Shown here piece after piece: positions 13,261 to 25,558 of a stretch of DNA of 64,000 bases; positions within the stretch are counted from its first letter, which is position 1; every line of letters begins with the position of its first letter. Made by a program: the position numbers and the translations under genes. A model generated the notes under the pieces. It was not told the origin of the DNA. It saw only the letters and a program-made list of their open reading frames with translations, and made no database searches. The stretch comes from Eledone cirrhosa (Eukaryota). Where the stretch lies: the NCBI GenBank assembly GCA_964016885.1, contig OZ024763.1, positions 1,240,001-1,304,000 of the forward strand, in the 5' to 3' direction.

Positions 13261-13826
13261 TTGATGTGTGTGTGTAGCATCATCATCACCGTTTTACGTC
13301 CGTTCTTCCACGCTAGCATGATTTAGACTGGTTGTCCTGTTGTGGGCAGTGTCCGTTTGGCTGACCTTGTCTTGCACATACGGGAACTGATTCTGGCTTG
13401 ATTTCTACAGCTGGATGCCCTTCCTAACACCAACCTCATTTACAGTGAGTGCTGGGTGCTTTTTTACCGCGGTGTCTACACATCCACTTTTACAGTGTGG
13501 CTGGGTGCTTTTTTTTTTTTTGCCATGGCACCTCCACGACCACTTTGCAGTGGAATGATAGGGACCCCGGTACTATCATCTCATTTCTACAGCTGAGTAA
13601 ATTGGAGCAATGTGAAATAAAGTGTCTTGCTCAAGGGAACAACACATCACCCGGTCCAAGAATGAACTCACAACCTTTCGATTGCAAGCACAATGCTCTA
13701 ACCACTAAGCTATCCATGCTCCTTCACATATATATGTATGTAAATGATAAACAGAAATAACAACACAATCGGTACAGTATATGGAAGGAATATATTAGGT
13801 TAACGCTTGAAATAGCAGGAAGAGGG

Positions 13827-13862
13827 TCTTAACGTTTCGGACGCTAGTCCTTCATCAGAAGA
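13827..13862 (-). ncRNA. Minimal hammerhead ribozyme (mutated relative at 4368-4403)
   Basis: Minus strand TCTT-CTGATGA-A-GGAC-TAGC-GTCC-GAAA-CG-TT-AAGA; element copies 4288-4432, 4747-4825, 13748-13892. Confidence 0.78.
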
Positions 13863-14244
13863 AAGAATGAGAAATAAGATAGATTGAAGGGATGAGTAGG
13901 GTGGAATTGGAAAAAATGTCTTTAGATAAAAATAACAGGTTCATTCATGTTGACATCTCTTTGAAAACTGTTGATGCTGGCGTTTTGTGTATGATATATT
14001 TTTTTAGAAAAGTGGATGATGGAGCGTGTTTACCTGAAATGGAAAAAAAAAACCTTTTTGTAAAAAGAGTTTTATATATATATATATATATATTATTTAA
14101 ATTTAAAAGATATATGCTTTTTTCTCTCTATATATATCTTTTAAATTTAAATAATTGATGGTCTGAACTATGGTCCATTGGGTTTATTTCTTGAGAAAAA
14201 TGATCATTATACATATTAAATATGTATTGATACCTTAAGATTGA

Positions 14245-14287
<43 letters not shown>

Positions 14288-14288
<1 letters not shown>

Positions 14289-14768
14289 TTATAATAAAAT
14301 AACAGGAGGCTGGACTGGTGTAAATCCTTGAAAGTTTTATTATACTATGATCATTTCAATGACCGGGTTCCGTATGGATCAGGTGATATCATCAGGTATT
14401 CGAAATATAACAAAGGAATATAACAGATAAAATCCATGCTAGAAGGTCGGTTGTCCTCTTGTCTATGATTTTCAGCCCCATGGATTTTATGTTATATTCC
14501 TTTGTTATATTTCGAATACCTGATGATATCAGCGGATTCATATGGAACCCGGTCATTGAAATGATCATAGTATAATAAACCTTTCAAGGATTTACACCAG
14601 TCCAGCCTCCTGTTATTTTATTATAATATTTAACTCCGTACTCGCACCACCAACTACACAAACGAAGACGGGTGAGCTGCATTACGTTGAGTACTCTCCA
14701 TAATATTACATCGAGGTTGACCATACGGAATGACCAATTCTATCCAGTGGTGAACCAACAAACCTAAA
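14288..14768 (+). mobile_element. (TA)n-flanked fold-back element with two opposed hammerheads (+14516-14573, -14342-14399) and unpaired tail
   Basis: Arms 14288-14438 and 14479-14627; ATAC-CTGATGA...GAAA-TGATCA-TA-GTAT; tail homologous to 46339-46480 (reverse). Confidence 0.82.
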
Positions 14769-14906
14769 TATATATATATATATATATATTTCCAAACCCC
14801 TCACTTTTTCCCAATCTCATACATCCATCTTAATTTATTTCTCATATGTTGATTTAAAACTTCACTGCTCACAAGTGTTTTTTAAGCTTCATATCATGTC
14901 TCCCTA

Positions 14907-14974
14907 TTTTATCTGATGAGAACGCAGATATCATCCCGTGATGATATTTGTTTTTGAAATGCGCATAATAAAAT
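14907..14974 (+). ncRNA. Minimal type I hammerhead ribozyme, same family as 29836-29902
   Basis: TTTTAT-CTGATGA-..GCAGATATCATC-CCGT-GATGATATTTGT..-GAAA-TGCGCA-TA-ATAAAA; stem II substitutions keep pairing. Confidence 0.82.
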
Positions 14975-15083
14975 ATTTGGAACTCTTTTAACCATCTTTT
15001 GATCTTATATTATATATATATGTATATATATATATATAGTTAATAAATGAAACAAACAAAACACAGGAGGCAATTTTACGCAG

Positions 15084-15156
<73 letters not shown>

Positions 15157-15193
15157 CACACATATACACACACACATATATATATATATACAT

Positions 15194-15256
<63 letters not shown>

Positions 15257-15261
15257 TATAC

Positions 15262-15748
15262 ATGTAGGGGCTCCCAAAGGAGCACTGAGTGCGATGTCAA
15301 CTCTGGATGTCGGTGAGCATGTCCAGCTAACCTCAGTCTCCTCTGTGTCACTTTTGAGCTGACTTTTGGGATGCTCCCATACAGCTCTGAGTTTTTCATC
15401 CTCAGTGTATACTGATTAATGTTCAGAGCCATCCTCAGCATTCTCGTGTAGCACCCATCCACCATCTGAGTGAGTTTCTTGGTTAGTGTCCAAGTCTCAG
15501 ACCCATACAGCAGCACAGACTCCACTACAGCAATGAAGAGGCGGATTTTCAGGTCTCTACGAAGGTCCGACTTCCACACCAACTTCCACACACTAGAAGA
15601 GGAAGACCAAGGTTAACGTATGTTGATGCCCTAAGGACAGACACTGGTCTATTGGAGACGCAGGACATGGCAGCGATAATGAGGGACAGGGACCGCTGGA
15701 GAGAACTCGTCCATGGATCTCGGGAATTTTACCCGCCTTAGAATAGAA
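15262..15748. mobile_element. RTE-like LINE 3' fragment with inverted 5' part
   Basis: Minus 15262-15591 encodes VLLYGSETWTLT...RLRLAGH...LLWEPLH; plus 15593-15740 encodes the continuation RRGRPRLTYVDAL...DRDRWR. Confidence 0.85.
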
Positions 15749-16187
15749 TATATACATACACATATATACACACACATATACACACACATATATATGTGTC
15801 CCACCCTTGCAAGCAGGGAAAAGCGGACGTAAAATGAAATATATATATATATGGTGCACTATCTCTCTCTAGTGTGTTACCTTTTCCACATATTGTATTT
15901 TAAAGAGCTCAGGATTCCTTTTCCTTCGAGCACATTATTGACAGGGAATAACGAGAGTCTATGGCTCCGTTAATTTATCGTGTTATTTCGCTCCTTATAA
16001 CAGCCTTTCCTCTCTCCCTGTTTGGTTGAGCACACTTCTCTGAGTGGTTTTTGGGCTGCCCTTTCTAGCAGCTCGTCCCTCAGACACCGCTGGTTCACTG
16101 CCCTAAACACGCTGTGACTTCTCTCCCCCACGTGTAGTTGGACAGTCGCTTTAGATTCTCTTAGAGTTGTCTGAAATGTATGGCCTT

Positions 16188-16269
16188 GCACGCGCTGATG
16201 AACCATGGGCTATTCCATTTCAGTCAACTTCTTCTGGCGAAACAGATCTCTTCGGATTTGTATGCGCGC
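16188..16269 (+). ncRNA. Type I hammerhead ribozyme inside a 543-bp unit bounded by about 50-bp direct repeats (15851-15902, 16396-16445)
   Basis: GCACGCG-CTGATGA-ACCA...TGGC-GAAA-CAGATC-TCTTCG-GATTTG-TA-TGCGCGC; the stem II closing pair is mismatched (A-C). Confidence 0.72.
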
Positions 16270-16956
16270 GCGTGTGTTATATAGTTATAGAGGTACATAT
16301 ATACATTTTAATTTATATTTTTAATTATTGTGTGTCTACTCTGCCTTTCATTGGTTATGGATTCCATACACTGGTGGTTTTTCCCTGTTTTATTGATGGC
16401 ACACTCTCTCTCTAGTGTGTTACCGTTTCAACATATTGTATTTTATATATATATACATACATATATATATATAGACTCACACGTGCTCTTTTACCTGTTC
16501 CAGTTCATCATCATCATCATTTAACACTTGTTTTCCCTGCTGGCAAAGTTTGGACAAATCATCATAGACCAATACAGTACTTAGTCGGGGCTACTGATGA
16601 CATAGATGGGCTAGGGGAGGGCTGCATCTTGTTAACATTTCCATACTTTATAGATTGTATTGGGTGTGTTTTATCATGGCACCAGCAGTCTGGAGGTTGT
16701 CATGTCTTTGACACAGCTGATGAAACCTCTTAACTATTTTTTTTCCCTTTTTTGGCAAGTTTTCTATGGCTGGAAGCTCTTCCTACCACCAACCATTTTA
16801 CAGTGTACTAGGTATGTTTTATCATGGTACCAACACTACAGAGGTTGTCATGTCTTTGACACAACTGAAGAGTCCTCACAAACCCATGCCACCCTACCCT
16901 TTTTTTTTTTTTTTTTTTTGACACAATATATATTTCGAATTTCTTTTTTATTCCAG

Positions 16957-17397
16957 AAAACCAAGAATTCTACCCAAATCAATAAAGGAAGTCACCAAGG
17001 CCGTAATAATGTGACAGGTGATATAGGAAAACATTCTACAGAAAGTAATCGAAACCTGCCCTTAATTACTCCTTCGTTTAGCCACACTGACCACTACCAC
17101 ACAACCTCGGAGGTCACCTCTATTTCTTTATCCAGCACGTCTTTGGCGACAACTCAAACGGCCGTGACCGATTCTAAAGCGGCTACTGCTGAAGTATCTT
17201 CTTCTTCTACTTCTTCCAAGTGTTCCAACTCTAAAGACACCACAGACAATAACGGTGGTACCACCACAAAGCCACCCTCTTTCAATAGCAATTCAAACTC
17301 TTCTTCTTCTTCTTCCACGAAATCTAATCATAAAAAAAAAAGATCAAGACTTGCTGCCAATTTTTGTACTTCATCTCCGCCAGTGGCTAAAAATTGA
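16957..17397 (+). CDS. XRN1: XRN1 terminal coding exon
   Basis: Pyrimidine tract + TTCCAG acceptor; ends KKKRSRLAANF...*, matching the metazoan XRN1 C-terminal motif (human RKLAVNF, EDC4-binding region); AATAAA at 17398-17403. Confidence 0.85.
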   Translation, partial: KTKNSTQINKGSHQGRNNVTGDIGKHSTESNRNLPLITPSFSHTDHYHTTSEVTSISLSSTSLATTQTAVTDSKAATAEVSSSSTSSKCSNSKDTTDNNGGTTTKPPSFNSNSNSSSSSSTKSNHKKKRSRLAANFCTSSPPVAKN

Positions 17398-17600
17398 AAT
17401 AAATCCATTTTTTATATATATGTATATATATATTTTATTTTTGTTGTTTATCTATTTCGATGTTTTATAGTATCGAAGATGATCCTGCACAATGGAAAAG
17501 TTTGTCGTGGGGTTTCCAAGGCCTAACCATTAACCTCTAATTTTGCAGGGAAAATTTACCTTAAAACATTAGTTTGTTGTTGAACAATGTATAATATGTA

Positions 17601-17638
<38 letters not shown>

Positions 17639-17829
17639 CGGCGAATTGGCAGTCGTTTGAACGTCGGATAGAATGCTTTATGATATTCATTTCTGCTCTC
17701 TGAGTTCAAATCCCACTGAGGTCAACTTTGCCTTTCATCCTTTCAAGGTTGATAAAAAAAAGTACCAGTTTAGTACTGGGGTTGATTCTTCCTCTATATC
17801 TCTTTCTCATTTCCTCTCTCTCTATCTCT

Positions 17830-17886
<57 letters not shown>

Positions 17887-17948
17887 CAGTCTAATACTGG
17901 GGTTGATTCTCCCTCTATCTCATTCTCATTTCCTCTCTCTCTATCTCT

Positions 17949-18006
<58 letters not shown>

Positions 18007-19930
18007 CCAGTCTAATACTGGGGTCGATTGATCATCATCATTTCATTTTACGTCCGCTTTTTCCCCGCTTGCCAGGGTGGGACGGGAACTGATTCTGGCT
18101 TGATTTCTACAGCTGGATGCCCTTCCTAACACAAACCTCATTTACAGTGAGTGCTGGGTGCTTTTTTGCCGTGGTACCTCCACGACCACTTTGCAGTGGA
18201 ATGAGAGGGACCCCAGTCCCTATCATCTCATTTCTACAGCTGAGCAAACTGGAGCAATGTAAAATAAAGTGTCTTGCTCAAGGACACAACACATCACCCG
18301 GTCTGAGAATTGAACTCGCAACCTTTCGATTGCAAGGCCAATGCTCTAACCACTAAGCCATGTGCCTCTAGCTATATCTCTTTCTCAGGAGTTATGGGAC
18401 CATACATCCATACAAACATGGATACAATAACATATTAGGTATTAATTTAACAATGAAAATAATAACAAAATCAAGTTATTTTAACCTATTCATATCATTG
18501 TTTTACGATCGTTTCGGAGGGTTGATCATATTGACATATTGTCTGATCTATAGCAGTTATATAACTGCTATAGATCAATCAGACCTCATATATAGGTTAG
18601 ATCAGACCGTCTTCTTTGGAAACAATTCAATAGCATATATATATATGCCAGAATCAGTTCCCGTCCCACCCTTGCAAGCAGAGAAAAGTGGACGTAAAAT
18701 GATGATGATGATGATGATGATGATATGTCATCATCATCATCATTTAACATTTTTTCTGCTAACAAAGCCTGGGCAGGTCTTCAGAGAGCAAGTCAGTACC
18801 TAATCAGAACTATAATAAACCTCTTGGGTAGACTTGGGACTCGCATCTCATACATGTCTGCACACGCTTTGTAGTGCATCATGTTCATTTTGTTTTATTG
18901 TGGCACCAGTATTAGGAAGGTTTTCATGTCTTTGACACAGCTGAGAGGTCTCTCTGACCCTTTTGTTTGAGAGGATTTTTATGCCTAGATGCCTTTCCTT
19001 TCATGAACCACATAGCAGAGTGTACTGGGTGCAGGTATTTTGTTGTACCAGCACTAGGGAGACTATTGGTCATTGACTCAACCGAAGAGCCTTCTCTACC
19101 TCCGATACTATGGACATGTGGCTAGAATGTCTCAGGAAAGAATCACTGGACAGATTTTACAGGCAAAACCAACCAGCAGGAGGTCCAGGGGTAGACCTCC
19201 AGAGCAAGATGGTTGGATAACATCCATGAGCTTGGCTGGTCTCGCTTGAGGATCCAGCCAGATCAGTTGGAGATGGTTGCTTTTGACAGGGCCTGCTGGA
19301 AGGAGTGTTTGAGGACTGCCCCACAACACAAAACCCTTTCAGGAATAATTGGGAGAGGTAGAAGAAAAACTCTACCAATTTTGCCAAATGAACCACCCTT
19401 ATTTCATTAGAAATCATCATCATCATCATCATCATCATTTAACGTCCATCTCCAACACCAGCATGGGTTAGACGGGTTTGTCCCACTTGAGACAACATAG
19501 GTCGGGTGACTGTCTCGCGCTCGTATACAACTGTTTCAATAAACAACAAAAAGTTCCTTAAATTTTTTTTTAATTGATATTTATTTATTTTTATTTATTT
19601 TATTTATCTATCAAACAAAACAAGTGTGGATTTTTGATTCTGCAATGATTCAACCCACAGCCTTCTTCTCCTCAGACATAATACACAATAAAATTATAGA
19701 TAAGAGTTTTCTAGCTTGCTTGGAGCAATGTTGAATAGGAAACACAAATTTAAATTTTGAAAACCAACACAGTGTGTTATGAAGAACATTAAATTGCCAA
19801 GATAACAAAAGAATCTCACCTTAGAAAATTTAACGATCCCAAATATTTTCGGGTTTAACCCTATGAGTGACTTAAAAATCAATGCCATTAACGACATTGT
19901 GATTTGTAAATTACATCAGAAATTTATTAA

Positions 19931-20205
19931 TTAATTAATTTTAAGAGGATCAGCATCAACATTTGAAACGCAAACTTCTACAGAATGTTCGCTCAGTAGA
20001 GTTTCCAGGGAGAGTTTCAGCTGTGAGAGGTAACCCCTTTCTGTGTTGCTGTGTTCGCAGAGAAGTACGGAAGAACCATTATGGATAGCATCAAGCACCT
20101 CGTGGTGTGACATCTCGCCAGTGACATAGAGATCAGCACTGACCCCTCGGAGGACACTCGAACCAGAACCAGCACACACGGCAACAGTTTTGATGGTTTT
20201 CTCAG
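19931..20205 (-). CDS. NIF3L1: NIF3-like protein 1, exon 5 (terminal)
   Basis: VAVCAGSGSSVLRGVSADLYVTGEMSHHEVLDA...LCEHSNTERGYL NIF3 motifs; TTTCAG acceptor; TAA stop. Confidence 0.95.
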
Positions 20206-20937
20206 CTGAAATCAAAGAAAGAGAAAGAATACAAATAAAAAGGCCAAAAAAAAAAATTCCCCCTCAGTCCACCCTGAGTAGGTACTGGTGTCATAAAAAG
20301 CATCCAGTCCACCCTTTAAAGTGGTAATGCTGGTGCCACAACAAGAACCACCTTTCAAGGTGGTAGTTCTAATGTCATGATAAAATGCAGTCATCCCTGT
20401 AAAATGGTAGTTCTGGTGTCGTGATAAAAAGCACCCAGCCCACTCGGTAAATTGAAAGTGTTTGTGCCACGATAAATGGCACTCAGTCTACCCTGTAAAG
20501 TGGTAGTACTGGTGCCATGATAAAATCACCCAGTCTGCAGTGTAAGGCAGTAGAACTAGTGCCTTGACAAAAACCAGGCTGTTCACACATACACTCTTAA
20601 AATACATATATATACATACACACACACACATATGGAGTCCAACCTTTACGAGTTTTGCTCAATGAAGGAATTAATAAAAATCAATTAGTCAGAGCATATT
20701 TCATACACTAACATGTATTTGTTACCATTGGTTTCAGAGTCCAGTCATGGCCACCACTGTATAATGGAGCTTTTCATATTTTTGTCCATGTGCCCGAAAG
20801 AAGGGCCAGTTTAAAAGTGCCTCCATTATGGAGGTCCATATGATGATTAAAGATTCTCTTGAAAAAGGCAGTGCTAGAAGAATGGCTGCAGTCTCAAGAC
20901 AGACACTTGTAAAAGAAGAGAAGAAAGAAGTACTCAC

Positions 20938-21082
20938 AATGAGAAAATCCAGGCCCATGTGCTGTAGCAACACGCAGGTGAGACAGCTTGAGGTGTTTCT
21001 TCATTGTCTCAATAGCCTCCTTTAAACAGATGCTAGTCTCTAGTTTACCGATTCTACCTATACCAGTGTCTGACATTGGAGG
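20938..21082 (-). CDS. NIF3L1: NIF3L1 exon 4
   Basis: TTGCAG acceptor, GTGAGT donor; PPMSDTGIGRIGKL...KKHLKLSHLRVA (human GMGRLCTL...KRHLKLSHIRLA). Confidence 0.93.
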
Positions 21083-21489
21083 CTGCAATATTAAAATGAT
21101 AAAAACAATGATAATGGCTTCTCATTTAGACACAAGGCCAACAATTTTGAAGGGGAGGGGAAAGTCGTTTAAATCGACCCCAGTTCGCTACTGGTACTTT
21201 ATTCTATCGACTCCGGATAATAATAATAATGGTTTCTTATGTAGACACAAGGCCAGCAATTTTGGGAGGGGAAAGTCGATTATATCGACACCAGTGCATT
21301 ACTGGTACTTTATTTTATCGACCCCCCCCCCCCCCCGTATAATAATAATTGTTTCTACTTTAGGCACAAGGCCAGCAATTTGAAGGGGAGGGGAAAGTTG
21401 ATTAAATCAACCCCAGTGTATTACTGGTATTTTATTTTATCAACCCTGTAAGGATGAAAGGCAAAGCTAATAATAAAATATATCTGTAC

Positions 21490-21613
21490 CTTACTAATTT
21501 CAGTGAAAACACGGTTTTCTATGGGATGGGAGTTCACGACCTGGGCTACAGTCAATAAAGCAGATTTCTTACATAAGAATGTGACTAAGACTTTGTCTTC
21601 TTGGCTGGAATGA
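21490..21613 (-). CDS. NIF3L1: NIF3L1 exon 3
   Basis: T-tract CAG acceptor, AAG|GTAC donor; HSSQEDKVLVTFLCKKSALLTVAQVV...TEISK; phases 2/0 fit neighbours. Confidence 0.85.
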
Positions 21614-22604
21614 CTGAAAAAAAACCAAACAAAATATAGAACAAAGAAATTATAGAAAACCTTACCTTATCTTTCATTAAACTGACAAGGCATATTATCA
21701 ACCCCTTAGCATTTAAACCGGCCATATCTGGCCAGAACTCTCTCAGCACTTTCTGTTTAAACCGGCCGTAATTCTTTCACCTCTTTCTGTTCAAACCAGC
21801 CATATCTGGCTAGAATTCTTTCACCTCTTTCTGTTCAAACTGGCCAGAATTTTCTTAGCTCTTTCTGTTCAAACCGGCCATATCTGGCCAGAATTCTTTC
21901 ACCTCTTTCTGTTCAAACTAGCCAGAATTCTCTCACTTCTTTCTGTTCACAAACCGGCTGTAACCAACCACTCATATTTATGTTAAGGTATTGTTCTCAA
22001 AATAAATATCAAAATCTCATAGATTTCATATTATGTGAAACAATTATGAAGTAAAGCCTTTACTGTGAAAATACAATAGTAAATATAGAGTAATGTAAAT
22101 GCTATGTGAGATATTATGTGAGGTAAAGCCTTTACTGTGAAAATACAATAGTATATATAGAGTAATGTAAATGTTATGTGAGGTAAAGCCTTTACTGTGA
22201 AAATACAATAGTATATATAGAGTAGTGTAAATGGTAAATGGTTAAACCAGCCATATCTGGCCAGAATTCTCTCACCTCTTTCTGTTCAAATTGCCTGCTC
22301 ATATTTGTTATATTGTTCTCAAAATAAATAATATCAAAATCTCATAGATTCCATATGTGCGATAAAGCCTTTACCATAAAAATACAATATGTATTAGAGT
22401 AATGTACATGGTAAAGGGTTAAATCGCCCATATCAGATCAGAATTCTCTCACCTCTTTCTGTTCAAACCGGCTGCTCATACTTATGTTAAGTTATTGTTC
22501 TCAAAATAAATATCAAAATCTCATAGATTCAATATTATGTGAAATAAAGCCTGGTGGTCTGGTCTTGATGACGATGGTGGTGGTGGTGATATCAAAATAC
22601 TCAC

Positions 22605-22746
22605 TGTAAAATCTGGACTCCATTGAGACCCTTGAGAGATTTCAAAAGACTGCTACAGGAGGGGTTATCAATGATCACTTCAACTCTGTGACTGAAGGAA
22701 AATGTAGGATCCTCTTTCGAAGACAGGGGAGAGACTGAAGCATTTT
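22605..22746 (-). CDS. NIF3L1: NIF3L1 exon 2
   Basis: TTTCAG acceptor, GTGAGT donor; ...SHRVEVII...KSLKGLNGVQIL (human NHRVEFNV...VKGIDGVSV); phases 1/2 fit. Confidence 0.88.
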
Positions 22747-22839
22747 CTGAAAGTGAGATGTAGAAGATGAAAGTTCTAGAGACTTAATTTAACTAATTAT
22801 TAACTTTAAAACTTTCAACACAAAACTATATATAGGTTT

Positions 22840-24960
22840 CTTCTTCTCCCACTTAATCCAGAGAGGGCCGTGAGGTCAGAATCGTCAAATACTCCTTTCA
22901 GTGGGTCCTGTCAGAAGCAAACGTCGCCACCTGATCCGGTTGAATGTCCGAGCTACAAATCTGTCCAGTGTTTCATTCTAACCACATGCCCATAGTATCA
23001 GATCTGTGATCTCTCAATTCGAAGAAGTAGTGGCTCTACCTGGAGTGACTCTCTGATCTCTGAGCTACAAATCTGTCCAGTAATTCTTTTCTAAGACATT
23101 CTAACCACATGCCCATAGTATCGGATCTGTGGTCTCTCAATTCGAAGAAGTAGCACCTCTACCTGGAGTGACTCTCTGATCTCCGAGCTACAAATCTGTC
23201 CAGTAATTCTTTTCTAAGGCATTCTAATCACATGCCCATAGTATCGGATCTGTGATCTCTCAATTCGGAGAAGCAGCAGCTCTACCTGGAGTGACTCTCT
23301 GATCTCCGAGCTACAAATCTGTCCAGTAATTCTTTTCTAAGACATTCTAATCACATGCCCATAGTATCGGATCTGTGATCTCTCAATTCGAAGTAGCAGC
23401 TCTACCTGGAGTGACTCTCTGATCTCCGAGCTACAAATCTGTCCAGTAATTCTTTTCTAAGGCATTCTAATCACATGCCCATAGTATCAGAGCTGTGATC
23501 TCTCAATTCGGAAAAGTAACAGCTCGACCTGGAGTGACTCTCTGATCTCCGAGCTACAAATCTGTCCAGTAATTCTTTTCTAAGACATTCTAACCACATG
23601 CCCATAGTATCAGAGCTGTGATCTCTCAATTCGGAGAAGTAACAGCTCTACCTGGAGTGACTCTCTGATCTCCGAGCTACAAATCTGTCCAGTAATTCTT
23701 TTCTAAGGCATTCTAATCACATGCCCATAGTATCAGAGCTGTGATCTCTCAATTCGGAGAAGTAACAGCTCGACCTGGAGTGACTCTCTGATCTCCGAGC
23801 TACAAATCTGTCCAGTAATTCTTTTCTAAGACATTCTAACCACATGCCCATAGTATCGGATCTGTGATCTCTCAATTAGGAGAAGTAGCAGCTCTACCTG
23901 GAGTGACTCTCTGATCTCCGAGCTACAAATCTGTCCAGTGATTCTTTCCTGAGACATTCTAACCACATGCCCATAGTATCAGAGCTGTGATCTCTCAATT
24001 CGGAGAAGTAACAGCTCTACCTGGAGTGACTCTCTGATCTCCGAGCTACAAATCTGTCCAGTGATTCTTTCCTGAGACATTCTAAACACATGCCCATAGT
24101 ATCGGATCTGTGGTCTCTCAATTCGAAGAAGTAGCACCTCTACCTGGAGTGACTCTCTGATCTCCGAGCTACAAATCTGTCCAGTAATTCTTTCCTAAGA
24201 CATTCTAACCACATGTCTATAGTATCGGATCTGTGATCTCTCAATTCGAAGAAGTAGCAGCTCTACCTGGAGTGACTCTCTGATCTCCGAGCTACAAATC
24301 TGTCCAGTAATTCTTTTCTAAGACATTCTAATCACATGCCCATAGTATCGGATCTGTGATCTCTCAATTCGAAGTAGCAGCTCTACCTGGAGTGACTCTC
24401 TGATCTCCGAGCTACAAATCTGTCCAGTAATTCTTTCCTAAGACATTCTAACCACATGTCTATAGTATCGGATCTGTGATCTCTCAATTCGAAGAAGTAG
24501 CAGCTCTACCTGGAGTGACTCTCTGATCTCCGAGTTACAAATCTATCCAGTAATTCTTTCCTAAGACATTCTAACCACATGCCCATAGTATCGGATCTGT
24601 GATCTCTCAATTCGGAGAAGTAACAGCTCTACCTGGAGTGACTCTCTGATTCCGAGCTACAAATCTGTCCAGTAATTCTTTCCTAAGACATTCTAACCAC
24701 ATGCCCATAGTATCGGATCTGTGATCTCTCAATTCGAAGAAGTAGCACCGCTACCTGGAGTGACTCTCTGATCTCTGAGTTACACACTTTATCGAGTAAC
24801 GTTACTCCAAAGATCCTTCGTAGGAATGCCATTTCGGCCGCTTGTATTCGCGATCGTATTCTTTCGGTCATTACCCAAGATTCATGACCATAAGTAAGGG
24901 TTGGCACGAAAACCGAACGGAAGATTACGAGTTTAGCTTTTACGCCTACCTCCTTCTTCT
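22840..24960 (-). mobile_element. RTE-like LINE fragment in NIF3L1 intron 1 carrying an internal 123-bp tandem array (about 22948-24780, about 15 units)
   Basis: ORF 24683..24907 LTYGHESW...AEMAFLRRI...YYGHVVRM; unit starts spaced 123 bp (23062, 23185, 23308) with 120-bp variants; related 3' ends at 19122-19370, 26282-26670, 8205-8300. Confidence 0.88.
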
Positions 24961-25047
24961 GAATGCAAGAATTGCAAAAGCTGGTGCAGTAAAAATATAA
25001 TTTGAAAAAAAGAATTGAGTATTTAAATATATAAGTTTATACTCTAC

Positions 25048-25558
25048 CAAATGCACCGAGAAGCCAATCATTTACACCATTTTTCAAAGCATCGCAACTT
25101 GTGTGGGGCGAGTAAATAGCAATTCGATTTTCAATAGCACGGACAACTAATTTCTGCTTCCAGGAACCCTGGCAGAGTCGCTTTAAAGGACTGAATATAG
25201 GAGGGTGGTATGACAAAATAAAGTTAGCTTTTAAGTCGATCGCTTCGTTTAATACCTCTGGTGTTAGATCGTTGGTTAATAAAATTTTAGATACATCGTG
25301 TGGTTTACTCGGTTCTACTAACAAACCCACATTGTCCCAGCTCTCGGCAAGAGACAGGGGCATAAATTCATTTAACAAAGTCACTATTTTAGATAAGTTT
25401 CCTTTTTTGTTAAAAGTCATTTCTGAATTTGATAAATTCTGGGAACAAAACGACTGAAAGATTTTCAAGGAGTTTAATGTTATTAATGGAGATGTCTTAA
25501 GGCGATTAGTTCGAAGAAAGAATCTTGTATTAAAACTGACTCGAGATATAAATATCAT
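25048..25558 (-). CDS. NIF3L1: NIF3L1 exon 1 (second in-frame ATG at 25420)
   Basis: PLSLAESWDNVGLLVEP, LLTNDLT, ILSYHPPIF, IAIYSPHTSCD, GVNDWL signature motifs; TTTG|GTAGAG donor. Confidence 0.95.
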
